Shown: positions 41,558 to 51,079, numbered from the stretch's first letter. The stretch: DNA of 64,000 bases from Chloroflexota bacterium (GCA_020161935.1 JAIUNI010000004.1:178927-242926), one strand, 5' to 3'. A program made the numbers and translations. Notes: generated by a model from the sequence alone, not told the origin.

Positions 41558-42187
41558 ATGAATACATCTGATGACATCACACAGCAGGCACTCAATCGCT
41601 ACAATCGCCTGTTCGACAACGAGCAGTACATGACTATCTCTATGATGTTTGCCGCCGATCTCCGCGCTGATCATGACAGTAGCCATGTTGCTGATGTAAT
41701 GAACTTGATTACGGATATGGCCTTAAGTTTGAGTGGTCATTCCCACTATGAAATGGCTTGGCTCAAACTGGCGACCTTCTGCGGACAGAATGCAGTGAAG
41801 CCCGCGACTATTGATGCGGTTTACACTTATTTGCTGCTTTTTCAGCAAATCGGAGACACAAGTGTAGAGGATTTTGAGGGTACGTCCAAAGCCCTGCTCA
41901 AAACCTACGAAACGACTGATACACTTCGTGCAGCAGTATCATTCTCCAACGGTGTGCATGGTTGGCGCGGGCGCATTGGTTATGAACTGCTAGCTTCTTC
42001 AGACTATATGATCCAATCTGCCATCCAACTGCTGATACACGGCAATCCATCGTATATCCGCGAAAAGCTGCAATCCGGTCTGCGACGACTCACTGGCGCG
42101 TTATTCGAAGGGGTACGACACAGTGATTCGCCAACTCTATTCGCCTTCAAAGAAATCTACCTCCCTGACGAGCATGACCGTCACTGA
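41558..42187 (+). CDS. Hypothetical, probably helical protein
   Basis: ATG 41558 after AGGAG; same operon. Confidence 0.7.
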   Translation: MNTSDDITQQALNRYNRLFDNEQYMTISMMFAADLRADHDSSHVADVMNLITDMALSLSGHSHYEMAWLKLATFCGQNAVKPATIDAVYTYLLLFQQIGDTSVEDFEGTSKALLKTYETTDTLRAAVSFSNGVHGWRGRIGYELLASSDYMIQSAIQLLIHGNPSYIREKLQSGLRRLTGALFEGVRHSDSPTLFAFKEIYLPDEHDRH

Positions 42188-42282
42188 GACTAAGCACCTA
42201 GCTATGTTCTATTCAACCTGTCGTTGCTCCTTCTAATCACTCACCCTAATCCTCACGTTTCCCTGTTCTCGTACTTTCGCTA

Positions 42283-42530
42283 GCTGGTGCTTGTCATCAA
42301 CCCCAAGTAAGTCGATTTGTCACTGACCAGTCTAGCAGGTGCGGCAGCATGTCATACCGCCTAAAGTCGGTACGCTTCACCCATTTCCTCCGGGCTTGCG
42401 CCAGACGAATTGCACTCAATTCGTCTTCACCAGAAATGGGTAGCGCCCTTCGGGTGAATCCTGCCTGATAGCACCTGCTCTGCGTTGGTCAGAAATCGAC
42501 ACAGGGTCGATGAACAACAAAGCGCACAGC
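42283..42530 (+). other. Long nested hairpin/multibranch element, copy 2, directly upstream of ssb
   Basis: GTCGATTT/AAATCGAC, CTGACCA/TGGTCAG, AGCAGGTGC/GCACCTGCT, ACCCATTTC/GAAATGGGT, AGACGAATTG/CAATTCGTCT; shares junction motifs with 28225-28397. Confidence 0.72.
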
Positions 42531-42547
42531 GCAAAGGAGTAACGATT

Positions 42548-42907
42548 ATGGGTACGAGCATCAACATTCAGGTGACAGGATTCGTTGGCAGCGATCCACA
42601 AGTAAAAATGGTTGGTGAACAACAGGTTGCAAGCTTCAGCATTGCGGTGAGCCGTAAGAATGGTGAGGGCAAAAAACAGACCCTATGGCTTCGGGTGAAC
42701 TGCTGGAATAAGTTATCAGACATCGCCACTCAATACGTTAAAAAAGGTTCTCTAGTACAGGTGATGACAGAATGGTTGCGTCCGAGTGCGTGGACAGATC
42801 AGAGCGGCACACCGCAGGTTAGTATTGATTTGGATGCGAATCGCTTAGTACTGCTGGATCGGCTGGAGAGCGATGTCTTGGAGAGTGCAGAAGATATCTC
42901 GTTTTAA
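42548..42907 (+). CDS. ssb: Single-stranded DNA-binding protein
   Basis: G.VG.DP, VASFSIAV, W..V.CW, KKGSLV, acidic EDISF tail; AAGGAG RBS. Confidence 0.9.
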   Translation: MGTSINIQVTGFVGSDPQVKMVGEQQVASFSIAVSRKNGEGKKQTLWLRVNCWNKLSDIATQYVKKGSLVQVMTEWLRPSAWTDQSGTPQVSIDLDANRLVLLDRLESDVLESAEDISF

Positions 42908-42930
42908 GGACGAGTTCTACTAGGCAAACA

Positions 42931-42957
42931 GGAGCGGCACTTTCGTGCCGCTTCTTA
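42931..42957 (+). terminator. Terminator after ssb
   Basis: GGAGCGGCAC-TTTC-GTGCCGCTTC-TT. Confidence 0.7.
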
Positions 42958-43584
42958 CATCAATCAATATTCATTAAGATTTCCATAATTGAGTGTAATA
43001 ATTTGTTTCATATGTTGAAATTAAACTGTGCCAATGAATACATGAAATTCTGATTTTGTTGGTTGGTTTTAAGTTTAAGGCACATGTGCAGAAACGGATT
43101 GTAACGAGTTCAAAGATATATTTTCAAAGCGCTTCACCTCGAAGCGAGAAACTGAGGAAGTCTCACAACTAGTCAAAGAACTGAGGCATGGATCAATAGT
43201 TGTTGAACCGCATGGATTTATTCCACATTTAAGGATGCATCTGAGAGATTTTTCACTGCTATTGTTAAACCCTTCTCAAATCGATCTTCACTATAGCTTT
43301 AGCATTGCATACGACGAGTACTACTCTAGCTAATGGCGACGATGGTGTATTTCGATAAATTGGTATGTTATGAAATTGATATTACTAGCGCTTTCCGCAT
43401 TCCTTATATCTGCTGCAATCGGCTTTCATGGGGTGTATTCCTGCAAAAATATTAATGCTGCATCGAGCAGCATCATCGTTACCAAGCAACGCCGACCCAC
43501 CTCAGCAGCAAATGTGTATGACACAAGTTGCGGCTGTAAGAGTGTTAGTGATAACACGGCTGAGGTGGTCGCGAGCTAAAACGC

Positions 43585-43714
43585 TCGCCACCTCTCTCGC
43601 CGGTGGGGGCGATGTGCCGCGCCCAGGCGCCGCACCGCTGACGCAGCACTGGGGTGCTGCTCAGCGCGTGGTCACGGTCAACCGCGACCACCGGACGCAT
43701 CCCTGCGTCCGAAC
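43585..43714. repeat. Cluster of four tandem GC-rich hairpins (REP-like)
   Basis: CGCTGACGCAGCAC/GTGCTGCTCAGCG, GTGGTCACGG/CCGCGACCAC, CGGACGCA/TGCGTCCG. Confidence 0.55.
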
Positions 43715-43746
43715 CATGCTCATCACGGCGTTGTCAGACAATCGCT

Positions 43747-44472
43747 CTACCGCAGTTCCGCTTGGTTCAATTGCCGCCGCTGCGCTTCCCAATCCGGCAG
43801 CACCCGTGCCAGCAATCCATAGAACGCCGTACCGTGGTTATGCTCTTTAAGGTGGCACAACTCATGAAGTATGACGTAATCAATCAAATGTTTAGGAACG
43901 TGTATGAGGATCAAATTGAGGATGATTTTGCCGTCCGCCGTGCAGCTTCCCCATCGCGCTTTCATCTGGCGGATGCTGACTTCGGGGTAGGTCAAGCCAT
44001 ACGGTTCTACACGTGGGTAACACACCTTTAGCCGTTCGGCAAAGACCCGCTTCGCCTGCTGGCGGTACCATGCAGTGATTAGCTTTTGAATATGGGCCTT
44101 ATCCGCCGTATCCTGTACGCTGACCGTCAAGTAACCTCGGCTCAAACTTACTCTCTCGACCGCATCCGCCATCACCTTTAGCCGGTACTGTCGCCCCAAA
44201 TAACGGTAGGACTCGCCGCTGACGTACTGCTTTTGCAGCGGATTCGGTGCCGCATACGTCTCAAATTGCCGCTGCTGCCGCAATATCCATCCGCCGCGCT
44301 TTTTGACCTTTGCCTCGACAGCTTCGAAGCTGCTTCCCATTGGCGCATCCACCACCACGCTCCCATCGGGATATACATGTATCGCCAGTGTCTTGCGCTC
44401 CGAATACGTCAGTTCATAATCAATCGTGGTTGTCCCAAACTGAACCGATTGCCTTCCGCCGAGCAGTGTCAT
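43747..44472 (-). CDS. YgjP/DUF45 metallopeptidase-like protein linked to type I R-M
   Basis: RWGSC, DYVILHELCH...NH...FY. Confidence 0.9.
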   Translation of the reverse strand: MTLLGGRQSVQFGTTTIDYELTYSERKTLAIHVYPDGSVVVDAPMGSSFEAVEAKVKKRGGWILRQQRQFETYAAPNPLQKQYVSGESYRYLGRQYRLKVMADAVERVSLSRGYLTVSVQDTADKAHIQKLITAWYRQQAKRVFAERLKVCYPRVEPYGLTYPEVSIRQMKARWGSCTADGKIILNLILIHVPKHLIDYVILHELCHLKEHNHGTAFYGLLARVLPDWEAQRRQLNQAELR

Positions 44473-47400
44473 AAGCCGCTGCTGTCCCGCTTCTTTGCCG
44501 TTTCCACCATCCCGTCGATAATGCTATCCATTACCGTGCCGCTGATATTCAACTCATGCGCTCGCTTGAATGCGTACAGATGATCTTCCAGTGCGTTTTT
44601 CAGCCTATTTACCGTGTCGAGGTTATGCGCCCAGTCTCGACCTTTAAACTGATTAATCGTCTGCTCAAACGTCACCGCTAGATCAGCCATCGGCTCTGCC
44701 AACCCATCTACGCCCAACTTCTCACCCAGCAGCCCAAAGTAAGCTGATGCATCCTTTGTGCCGGCCAACTGTTCCGGTAGTGAACTGTCCTTCCCGACCC
44801 GCAGCGCATCTAGCCCCGCTTCCATCCGCTCCAGATATTCCAGCTCGCTAATGCGCCCCTGCCGGTATGCCTCAATCGTATCCTCAACCATCGTCGAAAA
44901 TTTGCGGTAAAACGCCGGATCTTCCTCCATCTTCTCGGTCGCTGTCTTCTTCATCCGGTAGGCAATCGCATCCGCTCGTGAAGCCGGACTCACCAGATGC
45001 GACACCGCCTCTGCGAACGCCGGCTCATCAAAAATATTGACCTCCGGTGTCAGCACCGTCACCCCCTCTGCCTTGATGTGGTCATTCAGCAGCTTGCGAA
45101 TCTTCTGCTCGTACTCCCCATAATTCACCGCCTCTGCGTACCGCAGCTTCACCGAACTCCGCAACCGGTGGAAAAACAGCAGGTCATGCTTGTACTTCTG
45201 GATTTTCTTCTCCGGTGTAGTCTCATAAAATGCCACCGAACTCAGCGCAACCTTTAACCCGCTCGCGAACGCATTCAGCGCGTCATAAAACCGCTGCCGC
45301 CGGTCTTCCGGTTCCAAATAACGTTCCATCGCCTCTGGATCGACCTTGTTCCCCACTGCATCAAATACCGCCCAAACGCCGTCATGCAGGCTCGGCAGTT
45401 CATCCACCACCTTGCCAATGTCTGTCACCGTTCCTGCCACATCTTCCGCGTCGAACGCCTCCAGCGCGTTATAGGTCTCCATCGCCTCATTCAATTCGCC
45501 CAGCACACCGCGATAATCCACAATGTAGCCGTAATCTTTACCCTCATGCAGCCGGTTCACCCGCGCAATCGCCTGTAGCAAACCATGTTCCTTCAACGAC
45601 TTATCCACATATAGCACCGTATTCCGTGGCTCATCAAATCCCACCAGCAGCTTGTCCACCACCACCAGAATCTCGATGCCATCCTCTTGCTTGAACGAGT
45701 TGAGAATGTTCGTCAGATACTTCTCCTCTGTCCCGTGCATCTGCATCATCCGCTTCCAGAAGTCCTGCACCGGCTTCAAGCTCGTCTCGTCCGCGTCCTC
45801 GTTCCCCTCGCGTGTATCCGGCGACGACATAATCAACTCACACCGAATACGCTCCTCTTGCAGCGCGTACATATATTGCAGCGCCACATCCTTACTCGCC
45901 GTTGCCAACTGCGCCTTGAACCCCGTCTTCCGCCAATTCCGCTTGTAATGCTCCGCGATGTCCCACGCAATCGCCTCAATCCGCGCCCGTGTCTGGTGCA
46001 CTTCCTCCGCGCGGCTCATCTTCCGCTTCAAATCCACCTTCTGCTCATCCGTCAGCGTCGCCGTCCGCCGCTCGAACCACTGGTCAAGCGCCTGCTGGCT
46101 CACGTCCAAATCCACCATTCGCCCCTCGTACAGCAGCGGCACTACTGCCTGATCGGATACCGCCTGCCGCATCGTATACTTGTGGATGAACCCGCCGAAC
46201 TTATCCGCCGTACTCTTCTCCTTCTTCAGCAGCGGTGTCCCCGTAAACCCGATCAAACACCCGTTCGGGAACACCTCCGCCATCCGCGCATGGCTGCTCC
46301 CGTACTGGCTGCGGTGGCTCTCGTCCACCAGCACAAACACATTCGGGTTCACATCCCGCAGCTTCGCCTTCGCCGCCCCCTCGAACTTATCAATCACCGT
46401 CGTGATAATCTCGTTCGCCGGATCACGAATCAACTCCATCAGATGCTTACCCGACTCCGCCTGCACCACCTGCTTACCGCACGCATGGAACGTCTTCCAA
46501 ATCTGCGCGTCCAAATCCACGCGGTCAGTCACGATCACCACCCGCGGGTTCGGCACGTTCGGGTGCAGCGCCAGCGCCTTCGCCAGCATCACCATCGTCA
46601 GAGACTTCCCGCTCCCCGTCGTGTGCCAGATCACGCCGCCCGCCCGCCGCCCGTTCGGCTCCATCTGCGCCACCCGCTCCAGCGTCGCCTTAATCGCGAA
46701 GTACTGCTGGTATCGCGCCACCTTCTTCGCCCCGTTGTCATACAGGATGAACTGGTACGCCAGCTCTAACAAACGCCCCGGTCGCAGCAGCGCGTAAATT
46801 GCCGCATCCTGCACCGTCGCCAACCGCTCCCCCTGCCCATCAAAATACCGCCGCGCCTGCCATCCCCACTCGCGCCACCCGTACAGCGCATCCTTTTCCG
46901 CCTCACTCAACGGCTCATTAATCAACCGTTCCAACTCCCCTCTCTGCGAAGCGGGGAGGGGCTGGGGGAGGGGTTCCTCTGCATTAAACTTGTCACTTGA
47001 AACTTGAGACTTGTCACTACCCTCCTCTTTCCACACCGCCCAGAACTTCGCCACCGTCCGCGTCGTCCCGTACAGCGCCTCATTCACGCTCACCGCCAGC
47101 AGCACCTGCGCCGTCACGAACAACTGCGGAATCCCATCCTCCAACTGCTGGTTCCGCAGCATCTGGCTCACGCCCGCGTACACCGCGCTTTTGCCCTCGC
47201 TCGTCTGCAAGTCCGGTCGCTTGCACTCAATCACCACCAGCGGAATCCCATTCACGAACAGCACAATATCCGGTCGGTACGTCTTATAGCTCCCCCGCCG
47301 CTCCACCGTGAACTCGTCCGTCACGTGGTATACATTCCGCGCCGGCTGCGCCCAGTCGATATACTTCAGGCTGTAGCTCCGTCGGTCTTGCCCGATCACC

Positions 47401-47729
47401 TGCTCGCGGCTCGTCCCCAGCGTCAGCAGCTCATACGCCGCCTCGCTTGCTGGCATCAACCCCACGTTCAGCGGCACCTCTTTCAGCGCGTTCACCGCAC
47501 TCGTCAGGTTCGCCTCGCTGAAAGGGTACGTCTGCCCCTTCGTCGTCACCGCGTTATTGTCCCGCAGCCACGGCAGCAGCACCCCCTCAAGGATCACGTT
47601 CGCCACCTTGCCACCCCGCAGCCGCAGCGCCTCGTCCGGTGGCAGATACGTCCACCCCATCGCCATCAACAGCTTCAGCGCCGGTATCTGCGAAATCCGA
47701 TCCTCAAGGTACGAAGGTGTTTGTGTCAT
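44469..47729 (-). CDS. hsdR: Type I restriction endonuclease subunit R
   Basis: RPDIVLFVNGIPLVVIECK, WHTTGSGKS, DESHRSQ, FTGTP, QAIARVNR; ATG 47729 coupled to vapC. Confidence 0.96.
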   Translation of the reverse strand: MTQTPSYLEDRISQIPALKLLMAMGWTYLPPDEALRLRGGKVANVILEGVLLPWLRDNNAVTTKGQTYPFSEANLTSAVNALKEVPLNVGLMPASEAAYELLTLGTSREQVIGQDRRSYSLKYIDWAQPARNVYHVTDEFTVERRGSYKTYRPDIVLFVNGIPLVVIECKRPDLQTSEGKSAVYAGVSQMLRNQQLEDGIPQLFVTAQVLLAVSVNEALYGTTRTVAKFWAVWKEEGSDKSQVSSDKFNAEEPLPQPLPASQRGELERLINEPLSEAEKDALYGWREWGWQARRYFDGQGERLATVQDAAIYALLRPGRLLELAYQFILYDNGAKKVARYQQYFAIKATLERVAQMEPNGRRAGGVIWHTTGSGKSLTMVMLAKALALHPNVPNPRVVIVTDRVDLDAQIWKTFHACGKQVVQAESGKHLMELIRDPANEIITTVIDKFEGAAKAKLRDVNPNVFVLVDESHRSQYGSSHARMAEVFPNGCLIGFTGTPLLKKEKSTADKFGGFIHKYTMRQAVSDQAVVPLLYEGRMVDLDVSQQALDQWFERRTATLTDEQKVDLKRKMSRAEEVHQTRARIEAIAWDIAEHYKRNWRKTGFKAQLATASKDVALQYMYALQEERIRCELIMSSPDTREGNEDADETSLKPVQDFWKRMMQMHGTEEKYLTNILNSFKQEDGIEILVVVDKLLVGFDEPRNTVLYVDKSLKEHGLLQAIARVNRLHEGKDYGYIVDYRGVLGELNEAMETYNALEAFDAEDVAGTVTDIGKVVDELPSLHDGVWAVFDAVGNKVDPEAMERYLEPEDRRQRFYDALNAFASGLKVALSSVAFYETTPEKKIQKYKHDLLFFHRLRSSVKLRYAEAVNYGEYEQKIRKLLNDHIKAEGVTVLTPEVNIFDEPAFAEAVSHLVSPASRADAIAYRMKKTATEKMEEDPAFYRKFSTMVEDTIEAYRQGRISELEYLERMEAGLDALRVGKDSSLPEQLAGTKDASAYFGLLGEKLGVDGLAEPMADLAVTFEQTINQFKGRDWAHNLDTVNRLKNALEDHLYAFKRAHELNISGTVMDSIIDGMVETAKKRDSSGL
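46935..47018. repeat. In-frame REP-like palindrome plus heptamer repeats inside hsdR
   Basis: CTCCCCTCTC...GGGGAGGGGCTGGGGGAGGGG and ACTTGTC-ACTTGAA-ACTTGAG-ACTTGTC. Confidence 0.7.
47681..47720. repeat. 40-bp direct repeat, copy 1 (hsdR 5' end)
   Basis: CCGGTATCTGCGAAATCCGATCCTCAAGGTACGAAGGTGT, identical to 48450-48489. Confidence 0.92.
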
Positions 47730-48133
47730 GTCTGAATTTCCCAATCCTCAACCGTTAACCCGTTCACCCGCTGGAACTCCGCCACATTATGTGTCACCAC
47801 GATCAACCCGCGTGCCACCGCCGTCGCCGCGATCAGCAGATCATTCCCGCTGATCGGCAGCCCGCGCCGTTCCAAAGCAGCGCGAATATCGCCATATGCC
47901 CGCGCCGCATCATCATCAAACACCACCGCTTGTATCGTGTTGAGGAATTCCGTCTGCTTCCGCCGCGACAGCTCAGGTGTCTGGCTTTTAGCCGACCCAT
48001 AAAACATCTCCGCCTTCGTAATACTGCTCACCCCCACCTCCGCCAGCGCCACCCCCGCCAACTTCTGGCGGATCATCGGCGCTCGTCCGTTGATGTAACG
48101 GATGCAGGTATTCGTATCCAGCAGATACTTCAT
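47726..48133 (-). CDS. vapC: VapC PIN-domain toxin
   Basis: MKYLLDTN, E...G, NDLLIAATA, VTHNVAEF.RV.GL.VEDW. Confidence 0.93.
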   Translation of the reverse strand: MKYLLDTNTCIRYINGRAPMIRQKLAGVALAEVGVSSITKAEMFYGSAKSQTPELSRRKQTEFLNTIQAVVFDDDAARAYGDIRAALERRGLPISGNDLLIAATAVARGLIVVTHNVAEFQRVNGLTVEDWEIQT

Positions 48134-48372
48134 TCCACATCGTCCCGCGTTGACCACGTTAGGTCGGCAGGGCGCTCCAGTGGATCATCCACTAGCGCCC
48201 CATACGTCCGGTCGAAGAATCCCACCGGCCACCCCAGCGCATCCACCGTTGCTTCGCTTACCGCCTGCATCACCACCACCACATCCACATCGCGGTTAAT
48301 CATCTCCGGTGGTACATCCAGCTTCAACACACCATCACTGCCCACATGCGTTCTCAGTTTAAAGGTTTCCAT
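48130..48372 (-). CDS. vapB: Cognate antitoxin (VapB-like)
   Basis: Small acidic ORF coupled upstream of vapC. Confidence 0.75.
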   Translation of the reverse strand: METFKLRTHVGSDGVLKLDVPPEMINRDVDVVVVMQAVSEATVDALGWPVGFFDRTYGALVDDPLERPADLTWSTRDDVE

Positions 48373-48449
48373 CGTTGCCCTCCGCCTGACCATTTGCGTC
48401 TGATTCTAACATGCTTATTCTTTACGGTGCGTCATCCCTCAGCGCCCAT

Positions 48450-48489
48450 CCGGTATCTGCGAAATCCGATCCTCAAGGTACGAAGGTGT
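48450..48489. repeat. 40-bp direct repeat, copy 2 (orphan hsdR start METPSYLEDRISQIP)
   Basis: Identical to 47681-47720; minus-strand mini-ORF 48439-48495. Confidence 0.92.
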
Positions 48490-48530
48490 CTCCATCTTAG
48501 AGTCTTTCCCTTATAGAAAATGCTTAGAAG

Positions 48531-49664
48531 CTATTGAGTTGATGGCACACTTCCAATCCGTCCTAAAATAGTAATGATTGCCAGTACCGTGCCAATCAAT
48601 ATTGACGTAATGACGACTCCTCGCCAATTACGATATGCTATCCAAACTGAAATACCAATAACGATGACGATAGCGCCAAGATACAGACCATCACGGCTTG
48701 GATGAACATCAAGCCAAACCATATTTGTCAGACGCGGAACTGCAAAAACAGCAATCACTCCTATTATGCCGACAAAAATTCCAGTGACTTTACGCAGACG
48801 ATCTTCTAGCGTAGTGATTTGTTTTACAAGACCCTTGTGTTCATTCTCAAACTCATTATCTTTTTTCTTTTCGGTAGCTGTTGTGTTGTCTGCGAGGGCT
48901 TGTCGGTGTTCAGCTTGAAGTTGTGTCTGAATTTCCAACCGCGCCTTATCGGCAGCGTTTACAATCTGTGTCCTCAAATTCTGAATCTCACTATCCTTTT
49001 TCGCTTCAACGTCCTGAATCTGTTGTGCGTGTTCCCCTTGCAGTCGTTTCGTGACTTCATCTTTGACCCGCTCAGATTCAAGCCCAACTTGTGACTTCAG
49101 ATCGGTAAGTTGACGTTCGAAGCGTTTGCGTATGCCGTCATCACGCACCGCGCCAATGAGTTCTTCAATGCTAACGAGCGGTGTGTTTTTTGGCACAAAT
49201 ATAAGTGCGTCTTGACCGCCATTGCCCATCTGGCGTTCCAATTTTGCCAGCCGTTGGATAATCTCCCATTGAAGATCTTCAGGCGAGTCAAATTCACCTG
49301 ATGACTGTACAAAAACCTTCTGTTTGAATCTTTTGTACTGCTCAATGTGTTCTTCTTTTTTGATGTAAGGAGGATGCTTGTCGCTGGCAAAATACATAAA
49401 GCAGGGGATTTTACGCCCTACTGCTATATCATACTCATGCTCGTTATACGCCACGCCATTATCATCTAAAACTGAGCCATAGCGTCCCATAATGCTAATA
49501 AAGATGTCGGCTTCGTTGATGTCTCTCGTGATCGCATCAAGAACACTACCCCCAACCGAAGGCAGCATCATAGGAATCATGTCAAATTGTCGAATTACTT
49601 TTTCGACTAGTCTACGGTGCTCTTCAAACCCATTGATATTCCCCCCAACATAGACTTTCTTCAC
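48531..49664 (-). CDS. DUF4062-like domain + coiled coil + C-terminal TM helices
   Basis: KKVYV..., I.EADIFISIMGRYGS, EHEYDIAV..KIP; hydrophobic C-terminus; AT-rich relative to flanks. Confidence 0.75.
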   Translation of the reverse strand: MKKVYVGGNINGFEEHRRLVEKVIRQFDMIPMMLPSVGGSVLDAITRDINEADIFISIMGRYGSVLDDNGVAYNEHEYDIAVGRKIPCFMYFASDKHPPYIKKEEHIEQYKRFKQKVFVQSSGEFDSPEDLQWEIIQRLAKLERQMGNGGQDALIFVPKNTPLVSIEELIGAVRDDGIRKRFERQLTDLKSQVGLESERVKDEVTKRLQGEHAQQIQDVEAKKDSEIQNLRTQIVNAADKARLEIQTQLQAEHRQALADNTTATEKKKDNEFENEHKGLVKQITTLEDRLRKVTGIFVGIIGVIAVFAVPRLTNMVWLDVHPSRDGLYLGAIVIVIGISVWIAYRNWRGVVITSILIGTVLAIITILGRIGSVPSTQ

Positions 49665-49783
49665 TTGGCTCTCCTATAAAATTGTGTGCAAAACCGTAAT
49701 AATGGCACACTAATATATGTACTGCGTTTTTAAGCCAAGTGCCATATTTTCATTAAGAATGTCTCGCCCACCGCCTATTCCTG

Positions 49784-49821
49784 CTCCCCTCGCCCTGAGG
49801 GAGAGGGGCTGGGGGTGAGGG
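49784..49821. repeat. REP-like palindrome directly after the hsdS stop
   Basis: CTCCCCTCGCCCTGAGGGAGAGGGGCTGGGGGTGAGGG. Confidence 0.7.
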
Positions 49822-51060
49822 TCACACCCGCACCGCCCCCGTCAACAACTGCTGCATCAACCCCCGCTTTTGCTCGCGTAAGCCTGCAAGCAAATCATGA
49901 TTGCGAGACAATAACTCTTGCTCTGTTTCCAAAACTTTGGAAATAGCCTGTTGTTCTTGAATAGATGGAAGTGGAACTCTTATTCGAGAAAACTGCGGCC
50001 AGCGCAGACTTCCACGGCGATCCACAGATGCACTTGTGTTGATCTGAAAAATATACTTGTATAAGTCCGTTTTCAAAACACTATACAGGAATGGATCGAA
50101 AACTTTCTCGTTTGCTTGGAATACTGTGTACATTGGACTTATCAAAGCAGAGTCATACAAATTTTGATAGCCGATTGACCCTTCTTCAATATGGTTGGTT
50201 GCATATGCAAATTGATTTTTACGAACAACCTTGTAAGTTGACAGATCATCACTATATATCTGCTTACCGAAATACTTAAGCGAGTCAACCAATCCTTCAT
50301 ATTTTGTGCAGGATAAAACAGGCAACTCTATATCTTCTGCATTTCGTTCAGATACAGACTCAGCAATATCTCCAATAAAAGCGTAGTCCCAATCTGCCGG
50401 AATCTGCCCAAATTCTGTATCCTGATATTCACCTGCCCCCTCAAACCCCGCGAACCGCACCGCCCCCGTCAGCAGCAGCTGCATCAGCGCCTGCTTCCGC
50501 CGCCCCAGCGCCCCGATCAACGCCTCCACCAACCCAATCGCCTCATCCCACGTACTCAAAATCGCCGCAATCTTCCATTGTTCCTCCAACGGTGGGAGTG
50601 GGACTTTAACTTTTGCTAGTTCCGTTAATGTGATTTCTTGAAATGTAGATCCTTTTATTCTCTGCAATATATCGGTTTTAACAGCTTTAGACTGCATAGC
50701 TTGCAACAAAAAATCTGCTATTACTTTTCCACTAGACGATATGCGAGCCGTTCCCTGTGTAAGGTTTGCGCCATTTAACCCTTCAGGTACTTTTAGGACT
50801 AGTCCTGGACTCCCTCTTAACGCAAATACTAGATCATTGGTCTGAACAGTAGAACGGCGATAACTTTTGGCAATTTCATGACTAGTTCTTAACATTCCCT
50901 CTAGTGTTAGATAACCTTTTGTCATGTCCGAAACACGAATATATGGGATTCCATTTTCAATATGAGGCCCAGCCTGAACTATTCCATAAGTTATTGGCCT
51001 ATTTTCATCTACGATTTCCCCTAGTGTTTTCGATTCCCATCCATCTGGCAATTTACTCAC
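49822..51060 (-). CDS. hsdS: Type I R-M specificity subunit
   Basis: LPDGW, two TRDs, PLPPLEEQ.KIA.IL, repeated LMQ.LLTGAVR. Confidence 0.94.
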   Translation of the reverse strand: MSKLPDGWESKTLGEIVDENRPITYGIVQAGPHIENGIPYIRVSDMTKGYLTLEGMLRTSHEIAKSYRRSTVQTNDLVFALRGSPGLVLKVPEGLNGANLTQGTARISSSGKVIADFLLQAMQSKAVKTDILQRIKGSTFQEITLTELAKVKVPLPPLEEQWKIAAILSTWDEAIGLVEALIGALGRRKQALMQLLLTGAVRFAGFEGAGEYQDTEFGQIPADWDYAFIGDIAESVSERNAEDIELPVLSCTKYEGLVDSLKYFGKQIYSDDLSTYKVVRKNQFAYATNHIEEGSIGYQNLYDSALISPMYTVFQANEKVFDPFLYSVLKTDLYKYIFQINTSASVDRRGSLRWPQFSRIRVPLPSIQEQQAISKVLETEQELLSRNHDLLAGLREQKRGLMQQLLTGAVRV

Positions 51061-51079
51061 TCACTAACTCCCTCAGCTT

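Noticed and set aside
42960-43580. AT-rich region with an open frame lacking a start (~43086-43333) and a 69-aa ORF
   Set aside because: No recognisable family; left unannotated.
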